Assembly (NCBI GenBank): GCA_965649765.1 | Contig: OZ287757.1 | Coordinates: 27,280,001-27,344,000 of the forward strand | DNA from: Bispira polyomma | Taxonomy: Eukaryota | Direction of reading: 5' to 3' | DNA: 64,000 nt | In this document: positions 24,421-36,984 of the stretch, piece by piece | How the letters are laid out: every line of letters starts with the position of its first letter | How positions within the stretch are numbered: the stretch's first letter is position 1 | The notes under the pieces: generated by a model | Told to the model about the DNA's origin: nothing | Databases searched by the model: none | The model's input: only the letters and a program-made list of their open reading frames with translations | Program-made: the position numbers and the translations under genes

Positions 24421-26234
24421 CCAGAGGTACAGGAGAACACACAGGTTTATGTAAGAATAGAAGGTTACTTTGTATCAAAATATTTGGTATATTATGTCTC
24501 CATTAGAAATATAAGCCGCACCGCAATACACTAACTCACAAACATCCACTTTAGCATAAAACAAACCAACATTGAAATGGTTCTTCAAATATAATCACAT
24601 AGGCAAGTTATTGTTTTTCTCCAGTGTAAATACCCAGTGTAAATAACTACCTCACTTCGACCATAAATTTTCTACTGTATTCGAAATGATTGTCAGTGCT
24701 TCTATTTAAGTGCACAATATATATTAAACACTTAGAAGCACTTACCATATTATAATTCACACAAATTTACAAAAACAAAGCTAGGCACTACATATACTAA
24801 CAGCAAATGAGATAACCACTGGCCACAAAGCTATACACTACAGACACCCACAACAAATCAGATAGACAACACTGACCACAAAGCTAGATATTACAGACAC
24901 CTACAGAATTTTAATTGCAATAAAACTGAATTGAATGCAGTTAACGTGATTACCCTTTCGTCTAAGGTTAATGTTGAGCTTAAGGAGGTTGTATTGCTCA
25001 ACCATATAAGGAAACATATTGGAGCTAATGGGGCTTGACTGCTTGGGTGTGCACTATCATATTTATAGCCACCATAATACACTTGTTACAAATGCTTCAC
25101 ACTAAATGCTCGTTGATTGTTCTGAAAGAATTTATACAAACTTGGCATGGGTTCAAAACATGTTTTATAACTTTATATTTCACAAAACGTATTTTAGTAT
25201 TTTATTTGTTAATTATTTCTGTTAGTGGTCTAACACATTTTATGGTTAGGAAAATCTGGACCAAAAAATATAAATATATATGCATTACAGTCAACTAGAC
25301 AGTAACCAAAGTCATTACTGTCTCAGGGCATAAGGTCACTTTTAGTACCCAGTACATATTGTACTTCAAATATACGTTCAACCTACTGAAATTCAAATTC
25401 TCAACTTAATGCTTAAGTTTGGACTTAAAGTCAAATTTCACTCAACTTAATGTTTAAGGTTGGACTTCAGGTCAAACTTAAACTCCTTTAAGCTTTAGGC
25501 TATGCTGACCTTGTGTTCCAATCTCAAACTCTACTATAAATATTAGCTTTTAGTGTTTTAATATAGTAACTAATAAAATTATTCCCGCAATCTTGTCGTG
25601 TTTATTTAGTTGTTCACTTTGCTAAAAGTTAACTATCCCTAGAGTTTACACTTTGGCCTGCTATACAGGGGAACTGAGCTAGACACTGCAGACACCTACA
25701 ACAAATCAGATAGACACTAGCCACAAAGCCATGCACTACAGAGAGATACTTTTGCATCGGAAAGGACCAGTGAAAGTCAAACGTCTTTTTTTTAAACATC
25801 AGAGACAAATGTGAAGAAAATGTGCTTAACCACTAAGCCAACAGAGAGATATATTAATATATGTTAAGGTCAATACTAATTTTAATATAAATATGTTTGT
25901 GCAGCTCAAAAATGGCTCTTAATTTTTTCACGATTTACAGTTGTAACTTAAAACCTTGAAAGAAAATGTTTTAAATTTAAAAAAATATCAAATGCGTAGA
26001 AACAAACTATTAAAGATAACTATGTGTGTTTTATGACTCATCCAGAAATATGAAGGCCTGTGCAACCATAAATACTCCTTGGGGGCTATGTCACCAAATA
26101 CATAAGATTGACACCAACTGTAATGATTGTATGTTTATATTTCTAGGATTGAGTATCCAAGAGAAATATACTTCCTGTTTGTTACAATCCTGGTGTCCAG
26201 TATATTAGTAAGCCTGACCCGTGCAGAATGCACG
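24421..26234 (+). CDS. Candidate 5' exons of a secreted or membrane protein: exon 24421-24450 (ends AT) + exon 26147-26234 give MIEYPREIYFLFVTILVSSILVSLTRA-ECT
   Basis: ttgcaag|..AT|gtaaga and ttctag|G ATT..ACG|gtaagt give a split ATG. Hydrophobic core and a TRA-EC cleavage-like site. Downstream exons not identified. Confidence 0.5.
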
Positions 26235-26969
26235 GTAAGTACTGTATATTTATTAATAATGTCAATTATAAGCACACAGTTGTAGACTAAAGTACACTTA
26301 CAAAGGAACTAGTTTCAGAAGTCATTTGAAAAACTACCTTTAAAGCCTACCTACTATCTACCACGGCTACTTTCCCAAATCAAATGCTTTTTCCGACTAA
26401 ATAAACTATTGTATTTGTTATTTGCATTGTTATTGCACATTATTGATGCAAGGCATCCTCTAAAGCGCAACAACATAATTAATTAGCCAATCAAGAAATT
26501 AAGGAACCATATACATGTGATGTGGAAATGTACTGGGTAAGCGAGTCTGAAACAATAGAATTTAAATTTTCCCCTTAACCCAGAAACTGTTTTAATGCTC
26601 TAAACTCGGTGGAAAACTTTTCTATAACATATGGACAGTGGCTGAGAAAACTCTAGACCAAGTCTTCCGCAACAGACTATCCATTTTTTGGAGAATCACT
26701 CCCTCAGAGGAAGTTTGATAAATTTGACACTTAACATATCCTAGTTCTCTAAGCTCAACTGGGAGATTATTTCACAACAAATGGATAGCGATTGACAAAA
26801 GCTCTATCCAATTTTCTGTTAACAGACTATCCATTTCTGGAGAATCATCGCTTTGAAGTTTTATGAATTTGGCGCTTTACATATCCTTCAGTTCAATAGT
26901 CACCTCCATCAATGTGATTAACTTTTCTCCTATGTCATTTGGTTTGTTTGTTTGTCACCATGGCTACAT

Positions 26970-27224
26970 TTTTTTTTTTAATTTGGATATTTAACGTCCA
27001 CTCTAGTACCTGTTTAGGTTATATTGGGATGGGTAGTTGGAATCGCTGGAGGAAACATTGCATACAGTTGATCAAGGTTCTGCACTGAAACCAGTGGCCC
27101 ACAGTAAGGAACTACCACCTTTCCCACATAGGCATTGACAGGATTCGAACTCACGCTGCCCAGAGGTGAAAGACTAGTGATTGTGAAGCGCAATGCTTGC
27201 TAACCACTAGGCCACCCAGGGCCC
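26970..27224 (-). mobile_element. tRNA-derived SINE (family A) with 12-bp TSD
   Basis: TSD ccatggctacat at 26958-26969 and 27225-27236. The poly-T run is the tail. Confidence 0.9.
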
Positions 27225-27687
27225 CCATGGCTACATGAAACCAGCCCATATTATATATCTAATAAAGCATAATTAGACATGTTATCTGGTTGGCATACAC
27301 ATATATATTTATTTAAAATCATACAGTTTTTAAAAAGTCCAAGGTATTCTCTATTCATATCTAAACTCTGTGTACCTGTGAACTGTTGTAGGGGGACATA
27401 GAAGTATCGAGATCAAAGTACACGCAGCTCCGTGAGTATACTAAGACCAAACAATTCATTTATCCAAACAATAAACGTTATTGCCTAGGTCTCTAATCTC
27501 AAAAGAAACTCAAATAAAAACTATGTGTAAGTCTATGTAACTGGAAACAACATATGGGTGTGAATATTCATTTTAATAAAGCTTACAGTGCTAAACTCAA
27601 GTATGAAGTCAGATGTTGCTTAATCAGAGATATGTACACTTCAGATATTTAAATAATATGGCCACATAGAAACAAATAATATGTCAA

Positions 27688-27975
27688 CCAGTGTAGCCTA
27701 GTGGCTAACACAATCAGGAGCAAACAGGACCTTTGTTCAATTCCATCCTGGGATTCACAGGTACACGTCTAGGGCCAACAGTGGCCCGGTGGTTAGAAGT
27801 GCCTGCTTAAAAATCAATGGCCTCTCCCCAATGTATGTTCGAATCCTGATTGTCAGGTGATTGCCATAGCTCCGTGGTTTACAGTACTTCAGCACTGGTT
27901 TATTACACCTTTGAATCTATCCATCACGTTATGACCTAAGCTGTTAAAACCAGCATGAAAACCTAAAAAAACTAA
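27688..27975 (+). mobile_element. Older tRNA-related SINE, apparently with two tRNA-like heads
   Basis: tagcctagtgg..gttcaattcc, then tggcccggtgg..gttcgaatcc, ending atgacctaagctgttaaaa..aaaa. Confidence 0.55.
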
Positions 27976-28259
27976 ATTTGCTGGAAACATGTTTACACAC
28001 AGTTCAGAAAACCATTTCGGGAGCGTGCCTGAGGGTATATAAGGGGGCCAGTGACAGCAATCTATATTCATTCAGCTAGAGTATCTTGGGGACTTCACAA
28101 CTATCAACAATTTTACAATTCTACAGACAGAAATTGTTATTGAGATTATTATTGTGATTATTATTGAGAATAGGAATTTATGGTTTTTTGGAGGATAAAA
28201 TATTACAGTTAGAAAATTATGTGACCAAACTCAAAGAGAAATATCAGGATGAGGAGAAC

Positions 28260-28720
28260 CGATAATTTATGGGAATCCCCATTGCCATGAGACACAGCTT
28301 TCCCAGCATTCACAGACCCCGGTGACTGAGCAGGTGGGAACCCAAGAGCTTTATGGGGAGGATGAGGCTGACACAGCTGGTGATAGAGAGGTGGCTTTCA
28401 TATTGAGGAAACCGAAGAAGTGGAAGATGCGTACGGTCATGTTCAGTGATGCAGAGGAAGATCCAAAATACAATAAGACCCAGGCTAAAGACATATTGTG
28501 ACTGGAGTTCTGCTTGGGCAAGGGAATGTACATGGAAGAAGTGAGGAAGTGGTTTCAATCACAGAGGACTATCTATAACAAGCTGAGCATCAGGAAGTCC
28601 GGCCAGGTAACACCTGAGTTGACAGAGAGGCAGCACTGGGTCAAGAACACCTTTGACTTTTTAAAACCTCACATTATATGACATGTCTCGAGAACATCCG
28701 GCTTTAGACTGGTCGCATCC
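28260..28720 (+). pseudogene. MADF/Myb-SANT-like DNA-binding ORF remnant (Harbinger accessory-type)
   Basis: DPKYNKTQAKDIL*LEFC..EEVRKWFQSQR..YNKLSIRKSGQ..LTERQHWVKNTFDFLKPHI. Confidence 0.65.
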
Positions 28721-29354
28721 ACCTCATCTCTCTTCAAAGGTTTTGTATCAGTGACTGCCAATCTCAGCTACCAGAACAAAGACACTCCTGAGCCATTCAC
28801 ACCTCTTAATCCAGATGCACAGCAAACGAATTCCACCCTGAACACTCCAACCAAAGGCATCCCAAGTACTCAGTTCCGAGCCAGTACCAGCAGCAGCACT
28901 ACAACCACCGATGTGCAGACGTCAGCCCCTCCTCCTCCTCCTACTCCTCCTCCTCCTTCATCAGTCTCAGTGGGGATACAGAAAGGCCTTTTTCAGGGCC
29001 ACCCAAAACATCCAAGAACAATGTCGGAGCTGTTGTTGAAAAAAAACATAAAAACCCCTCATGACAAGAAGAATACTGCCTGCACAAATAAATTTTAATA
29101 ACACACAAACATAAATAAAAAATACCCCCCCCCCCCCACACACACACACATAAATAAGAAATAAATTGTTAACTTTCAAACTAATAAAAAATATAAATTT
29201 GCCCAACATACACCACAGAAGGAAAATACTTGGCCCCTAAACAAATATTTTTTTGTAAAAATGCAATACTACAAACCATCCCAGGTAGAAATGTGACAAG
29301 TTCACACCCCCCACCCCCCCTTTATAAATATGTGGAAAACCCCTAAGTAAAACT

Positions 29355-29490
29355 ATGTTGAGTCAAGTCCACCAGTCACCAGTAAGTCAACTGTCAGCCT
29401 TCCCACATACACCCCAGAGCAAAGATTTAAACCCACAACAGCAGTTGTAGAGGCGAGTGTATTACTACGACAACACAGAAGTCCCCAGCT
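29355..29490 (-). mobile_element. Old degenerate SINE (copies at about 44535-44670 and 46290-46427)
   Basis: ttcccacatacacccc..aacccacaac..accac..agaagcccc recurs in all three duplicated blocks and follows the layout of family A. Confidence 0.55.
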
Positions 29491-30858
29491 TAGTTCATGT
29501 AATTGCACTCTTTCTGCTTATAGAACTTTGTAACACTGACTTGTCTGCCTATCCTAAATCTTGATCAAAACTAAATGAGGAATGGTGCACTTTATTTACC
29601 ATTAATGTAAAGTCCCCCAAAATTCCCCAAGAAGAATATAGAAGAAAGGAAATTGCATCAATATCCTAATTACTGTAAAACTGGAAAATTTTATTACCAC
29701 CCCATTTTTTGGTAATTTTACTAATTAGCTAGATCAGTACAAATTTATTCTCAGTTCAAATTTTAGTGTAATGTAAAATAATATTCATATGGGTTTTGAG
29801 AAATTGTAATTTAATGATATTTTCTTTTTACTAAACTTCCAATAAAATACAAAAATACCATAATATATCAAACTAATTACTGGAGGTTGGTTGGTTTATT
29901 CTCTATAAATATAACCTCGCTTATTTACTACCTTGTGATGTTCATTACATATCTCTATGTCTCAACATATAAGAGGGCTCTGTTTACGGTTTGTGCAATT
30001 TGTCTAGAAGAGGAGTTATTTGTATACTGAATGTGGAGAAGTGTTTAATACCCCATATGAAAACCTCTGTACAAATTTGCCTTGTTAAAACTGAAGTATC
30101 TTATTTTTGAGTTGAAAAAACATATTAATCAGTTGGACTTTTAAATCCACATGGAATACATATCTCACGATAGACTATCTTGGTGAGACTAGAGTAATAA
30201 AGATTATTCTTGTGTTAGTGTGGTATAAATAGCAAGCACTTATATGTTTGCAAGGATTTATAGCAAATAGACTTATGTTATTGGTGTGAATTAAGGGAAG
30301 TGACAAGCTACTATGATAGTGGGATATAATATAAATATATGATAGAGGATAAAGCCAGGCATTATATCAGGTAATACTTTCAAATACCTTGCTTAAAGTA
30401 TGTACATATATAGCTAGTAATTTATATTGTTAAATGTATGTGATACTGTTTATTCTAGATTGTGATCCCATAGATATTGCCGTTTCTAGCCATGCTGTAA
30501 CACCTTCACATTTAATATTTTAACAAACTGTGTTGCTTATATTTAAAATCAGATGACTCTTCCACCTTTTCCTCTGATTATTTTACATATAATGTACTAT
30601 TTGAAATACATTTCTACGCTGTTCATTTCTACTCTGAGTTAGCAAATCGTTGTAAATGTGAAATGGCAACAAAAACTTAAGAATTAAAACCCTAAATTAA
30701 GGAATCGGCTAGTCAAAACTATATGGAATTGAAGATAAATGGTTCTATTTTGTATACCAACCTTAGGTAAGTGCAGATCATGTAAATTTTAACTTTACTT
30801 AGACATAGTGTTAGTTTCTGAATATTTAACATCTATGTTTGTGAGCGAGAACCTGTTG

Positions 30859-31108
30859 GCGCATGCGCACACCATCTTTTCCTGTGGGATTCCCTGGAGG
30901 TTTTCCGATTGGAATTATTTGACAGAATAAGACCCATTAATATTTATTTAATACAAATGATCCCCAATGATATATTTTTAATTATTGTAGCCAACTTTGG
31001 TAAGAATTAGCAATAATTTAATCCACGCAAGTAAAGGAAGCAACACTACACATGTCCTTGACATTATATGATGACCGCGTGATGGATTACAGAAACCTAA
31101 AATGGCGG
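30859..31108. promoter_or_regulatory. CpG-containing motif cluster (NRF1-like palindrome, kB-like, CCAAT, YY1-like)
   Basis: GCGCATGCGC 30859-30868, GGGATTCCC 30886-30894, ATTGG about 30908, AAAATGGCGG 31099-31108. Confidence 0.3.
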
Positions 31109-33399
31109 ACAAAATACCGGAAATAGACAAATTGGCTAATATATATATATACTTTGTGACGTTTTCTAAATAAAAATGGTGAACAGTTAATAACCTCTAT
31201 TTAAGTAAAAATTTCATGTATTTAAAACAAATGAAGTGTACTATGCCTTAATATGCCGTTACAAATAACAATGATTTGCTATAGTAAACAACTCTGTCGC
31301 CAACAGCGGCAAATCAGAAAAAAAAAACTGCAGTTTCGGCGACAGAGAAGTCAGTCTAGGTTCAAGGTGGCTGTCATATATCGCATATCACGGCAGTTTA
31401 TTGGTGGAGGAAATCTGGTCAGGGAAGTTGATCAAGATTTCTGTTCAGCAAACCATGCACCTGCTTTCAACTAGTCCACTCTCATGTTTCCCACTTACAC
31501 GACGGTAATGGAAAATTTCGAAGCCCACGACTGCAGAGGTGGGAGTCAAATTTGTTACCACAACATAACTAAGGCTCCAAACTGCACAATATGATATTGA
31601 AGATAATTATAAACAATTTGGTGTATCAGTTTGTGTTTCTGTTGGGTCACCAAACTGATCAGAATTCCACATAAAAGGCTGATTCGTTGAAAAAGTCCAT
31701 GACAAAAGTAGGTGTATACATATAAGACGGGAAAAGCATATTGTACACTTAAAAGGTATGCTGTGTGTTTAAAGAAATTACACGTGTATAAGGCAGATTA
31801 ATATCCTTTGATAAACTGCACTATGCTCAATATTTTGTAAGGCCACTATTGCTGGCATTAGGCAGTAGCACAGTTTGTAAAGGTAGTTCATTCAAATTTA
31901 ACCAATCACAATTGGATATCGCATAATTTCATAAAAATATTTCTTTATATTCTTGATAAAATTTGTATGGTTCTGAGTTTGTTAAAGATGGCTTTGCTAG
32001 AGTGAGCTTTGGTGATGAATTGACCCAGTTGAGCTATTCTTGTGTTCAGTCTAAATATAATAATGGTTGGTACTGTAGGTAAATGTAAGTCTTTGGTTTA
32101 GGATGTTTCTGCAAGTACTACAACTGTAAACAGTGATAATTATCTAGGCATGGGTTAAGATATACCTTTTTATTACGGATAGTATGAGGTGGAATATATA
32201 GGGAAGGTTATAGACAAAATTTCTGCAAAAACTTGGTTATCCTAGAATCCCATTTTCAACAGCCTTGATGGATTTTATTATGTTACCCCAGTCACTGGAT
32301 AAAAAAAAACAATGGAATTAAGCTGCATGTGGAAACCAGGGATTTTTATGTTCTTCTAAAGACAGAGCTACTTAAAACATTAGGGAAAATGTGGTCCTGT
32401 GGGCAAGGCGGGCATTAAAGGCAAAATAAGACATTGGTTTTGTCCTGAGTGAAATTTACTAAGCTTTTAGTAGCCACGGGAATACCCTCTAACTAAAAAT
32501 GGAGAAACATTTAATTGGCCAGTTAGTGATCAGTCACTCTGTGATTGACAGAGTGAGAAGTTTTATAACATAAAATAAGGTAGGATATACTACAAGAACC
32601 GAAGTTTCATGCAAAACGTAATAATATTTAACAAAAGATAGCTGACATAACTACATTTCCACATACACAATATAAAAGAAATTGGTAGGTATAAACTATT
32701 TTTAAACTTCTGCATTTAAGTATTATAGAAAAAAATTTATGTTAAAAAACAATTTCAACGGCCTAGGTCATATCACGGTGGCCAGAAATAATGGTAGAAG
32801 AAAACAGTTGGGAAGCACAAGTTAAACCACCGGTCTGCACCAATTACCTGGATGTAGATCAAAGAGAACAGATTCTGGTGATTTACTTAGTACTTATTTA
32901 ATACTCGAAAACATATTTATATTTAATTTAAAATATTTTATTTATATGTTATGCATTTCAGCAACACTTTTTGAGATCATCATTTACTTACAGACAAGAT
33001 ATGTGTACTTTTTTCTGTACTTATCTTTTGCATTTAGTTTTAATATGTTTTAATTGGTTTATTATTATTCAATAGGACGAAATATAAGTAATTTTCATGT
33101 TTTCATTTTATCATACACACATTCCTAAAAAAGCATTGCAACATTGTGTAAAGACATATTATTTCACCAATCAACATGAAAGTCAAGTAACTCTTAGATA
33201 TTTTATGCAAAACGTAATAATCTTTAACAAAAGATAGCTGACATAACTACATTTCCACATACACAATATGAAAGAAATTGGTAGGTATATTTTTAAACTT
33301 CTGCATTTCAGTATTATAGAAAAAAATTACCCTTCCCTATGTTAAAAAGAAATTACACAAAAACAGCTGTATTAATAGTTATGCAAGTCATGATAGCTA

Positions 33400-34180
33400 A
33401 AAGGTTATCATCCAAGACTTGCTTTTAGCCATAGATTATGAATAAGTTTACTATTTATGGATGTCAGAGGTTGGTAGTGTCATATTTAGCAGAGCCATAA
33501 ATCCAACTGGAGGATGGTCTGAATTTTCAAATGGTAACCGCTTCTGTTATGTCAAAACTCCATTAATAAGACCTTAGCCAATGCTCTCTTTCATAGGAAT
33601 TCTAAGATGCAATATTTATCACGATGTCAGAGATTTCAGGAGAGACCATATAAGGTTTGCAGTGGTACTGGTCACAAAGAAAAAACCTCTGACTGCTCAT
33701 ATTATGAATAAAAATTTGTTGAAAACACTAATGCTTTCAAGTTTCACTCGGTTTTGTTAACCTTCTACCATCTTAAAATTTATTGTAATGGAACTAGGTC
33801 CACATCTGTTGAAGAAGTCTATTAATATACACAGGCATTCACACAAAGTGTACTGATATACCCACCAAAATCCTAATAGAGACGCATTGTTGATTTCTGA
33901 AGACATACCAGAAGATATGGCATGGTATCCCATCAAATTAGATGTCATGATAGATTTGATATAACTTGAATGGACTAGGCAAATTTGCCAAATTGTTGGA
34001 GATAACAAATACACCTCTTTCACACACATGGTGTTCCTTTTCATCTTGCCAATAATTCAGATCAACTCTGATACAGTCTGGTGACAAAATCCTCATTGAG
34101 GCCACATGAGACTGCTCCTTGGCTAGTTGCCTATCTCCTGAGTTGGCTGTCTGCACTCATAGCGCACATTTACAGAAAGT
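33400..34180 (+). pseudogene. Decayed LINE (L1/Tx1-like) ORF1 remnant with zinc knuckle + NADAR (YbiA-like) domain
   Basis: KVIIQDLLLAID..NPTGGWSEFSNGNRFCYV..IGILRCNIYH, then (Y)KVCSGTGHKEKTSDC, then AFKFHSVLLTFY..IYCNG..TSVEEVY*YTQA..WYPIKLDVMIDLI..LIQSGDKILIEAT*DCSLASCLSPEL. Confidence 0.65.
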
Positions 34181-36149
34181 CTCACAATAGGTTACACTTT
34201 AGGAATAGGAACAAGAATAGTTAAAAATGCAGTGACTGTTAGCTGTCACAATTTAAAAATTGTTTAAGAGAGCGAACTAACAGACAAAAATAAAATATAA
34301 CCTCCTTTCTTAAAATTACAGCTAGCTATTCTTGAGAGATGAAAACTGACAGCCTAGCATTGTATCAAAAGCATTTTTACGGTAGAATATTTCATATTTT
34401 GAAAACTTCATTGTTGAGGGGCAAGGTCTCTTAGTATGAAGTGATTTCATCGGTTACTCTGTTCAACGATTCTGAATTGGATTGATTGGTTTGATATCAA
34501 ATTTTTATTAAATGTTATTGCATTTGGCGAAATGCTTCATTGTTATTGCGAAAACAAAATTTATATTAATGGCGAAGTGTTAAGTAAAGTACATACCGGA
34601 TGTAGTTGCGCAGTAAAGGACATTTGTTGTTCCTGTTTAAATATGTCTTAATATATTATGAAATGCTTTTTTACGTACAAGTGGGAATATATGGACCCGC
34701 AATATCAATGGCTGTAGCAGACTGAACCCTAACAGTAAAATGGGTGATTTTTATCCATCAAAATACTCCTATCACTAATTAATATCTTAGAAAGGGCAAA
34801 TCTACCATGGCTGGGTATTTATAACACAATTAAAAAACAGAAATAAACTGGGTTTATGACAATTGGTTTATAAGTAAAATGGACAATGTACTATATCTAT
34901 TTAAAATGGAAACTTCTCAACAACTGTCTGCAATGACTGTCCAAGTAAAATAAAAGTTAAATTCACAAGGAAGTGTATAAATAACATGACAAATTATTTA
35001 ATTACTGCAGTAATAATGTGGTTATTGTCTTTGCTGACCAAATAGTACTAGTACAACCATGCAAGTAATCAAACCTCAAATGGACCTTTGTAGAACAATT
35101 ACCACTATGAGTTATGCTGGGCTATATACAATATATGCAGCACTTGGAGAATAAAATAAAATAAATAACGAATAGGTTTGATCACTTGCATGGTTGTACT
35201 AGTACTGTTTGGTCAGCAAAGACAAGGAGAGTTATTTATTTTATTTTCTAATAATGTAGTGGTAGAAAATAATGTAGTGGTAGCGTTTTCTAGCATTTAA
35301 TAAAGTAAATATTTAAAGATGCATTCTTAATTTTATTTTAATTTTCATTCAAAAATGTTGTTTTAGTAGCATTGGGTTTCGTGGCACTTACATTATGTAA
35401 ACTTAATGTAAAACTTAATTTTACATAATGTAGTGCCACTTGGTGTTTATCTATATAATATAACTAGGTTAAAGGACTTAATACATTCTACCAGGCTCTG
35501 TGATTCAGTACATTTAAAACAATGTAATTCAGAGAATATTACACAATCCCCCAAAATACACTAAATATAGAACAGAATTAACTTGGTCTGTCAAAGTACA
35601 GTCTATAAAGAGCACTCCAATACACTAGATTTAGTTCCTGTAGTACACTACATAGTAGTACATTATACAAGCATGTACCAAATAGAATTCTATGTGCTGT
35701 TCCACTTCACACCAAACAATAACTTTAGCAATATTAAAACACACAATTTAAATAAAAAACTGTGCAAATGTCACCTGATATCTGATGTTCTATATCTCTT
35801 TGATGTCTACATTCTAACTGAAGCTAGATCAATTTAATCTGCAACTGTTTGCCAACTCTTGTGACCTTACACAAGTTTGGTTTGTCCACGAGATTTCAGT
35901 CATAGCTCCCAATTGGGAGTATCCAACTTCACAACAGTACAGTAAGGAATCTAAAATTTGCACCTGTATTTGAAATTCGCCACCCACAAAATTTTAGCAA
36001 AATAAATAAAAACTGGCAAAAAATAACTGGTAAGGAAAACAAAATAGTCATAGCAATCTCAAAGTCAGCAAATATTGAAAACAATTCCACCCTAAACAAA
36101 ACATTTTCTAGGTGGTGAATTTGAGATAGTGGCAAATTTTATATTCCTT

Positions 36150-36199
<50 letters not shown>

Positions 36200-36984
36200 C
36201 AACACATGTGCTTTCTATCAACGAAACACATAAATAAAAAAATGCAGTAATTAGTAGACCAAAGTACAAAACATATTTAAAAAACAAATAAAATAAGAAA
36301 TAAATATATTAAAATGAGCGAAACATCTGCAGTACCAAACAGTCATAACTACCAAAAATTAAGTAAAAATGATATTAGGAGTGGTAGATAATCAAGATTG
36401 TTTTTGTACAATCTTTATAAAAAGTGGAAAATCAGATTATCCAAGCAGACACTAGATCCAACAGTATCCACTGAATCTAAAATATCTGACATGATAGTTG
36501 TCTTTGAATGTTTACAATTATCAAACCCTAAAATTCACAGACATATTTATAGAATTAAAGTAAGGGTTCCCGTAACTTAACACCAGTGACATCCCCATGA
36601 GCTCTTCATATTAGCGCCCCCTTAGAAATAACCAACAGATGGGACATCACAATGTGTCAACACTCATCACATTCTTCAAGATTATTAACTTGACAACATT
36701 ATTCCAAAAGTGGATTTCCTGAGGTCACTGTCGGAAGTCAATGTGACTGTAAATTATGAGTGGTGTCATGTGACTCACAACTATGTCATGCAATTTTTCA
36801 AAGTACTAGATATCTAGTAAATAGGTTTACATATGTAACAGTAAATATGTCCGCCACAAAGGTAATCATGTCTATAAAGAACAATTCAACGGCACAGTTT
36901 TTATTTTAAAGCATCCTAGTTTTGACCAAATCAAACAGGCAATAATTAAAACCCTGAACCTGAGATGTTTAAAATAGATGTGAC

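Larger units (their letters stand above)
17450..32600 (+). repeat. Segmental duplication unit 1 (paralogous to about 32765-60490)
   Basis: Collinear blocks: 17450-17580=32765-32885; 17750-18880=34555-35720; 22000-23110=35770-36985; 23110-23980=42430-43245; 28060-30650=43255-45650 (part repeated at 46290-47480); 31360-32600=59000-60490. Confidence 0.85.

Noticed and set aside
28751-29098. Pro/Thr-rich 115-aa ORF
   Set aside because: Low complexity, non-ATG start, and adjacent to the decayed MADF remnant. Probably the tail of that transposon ORF.
32605-33330. About 130-bp direct repeats (32605-32740 and 33200-33330) as LTRs
   Set aside because: No TG..CA ends or primer-binding site. They sit at the duplication junction and look like a local duplication.
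34660-34715. Minus-strand AIDIAGP resembling an integrase core start
   Set aside because: Too short, followed by stops, and altered in the paralog near 17900.
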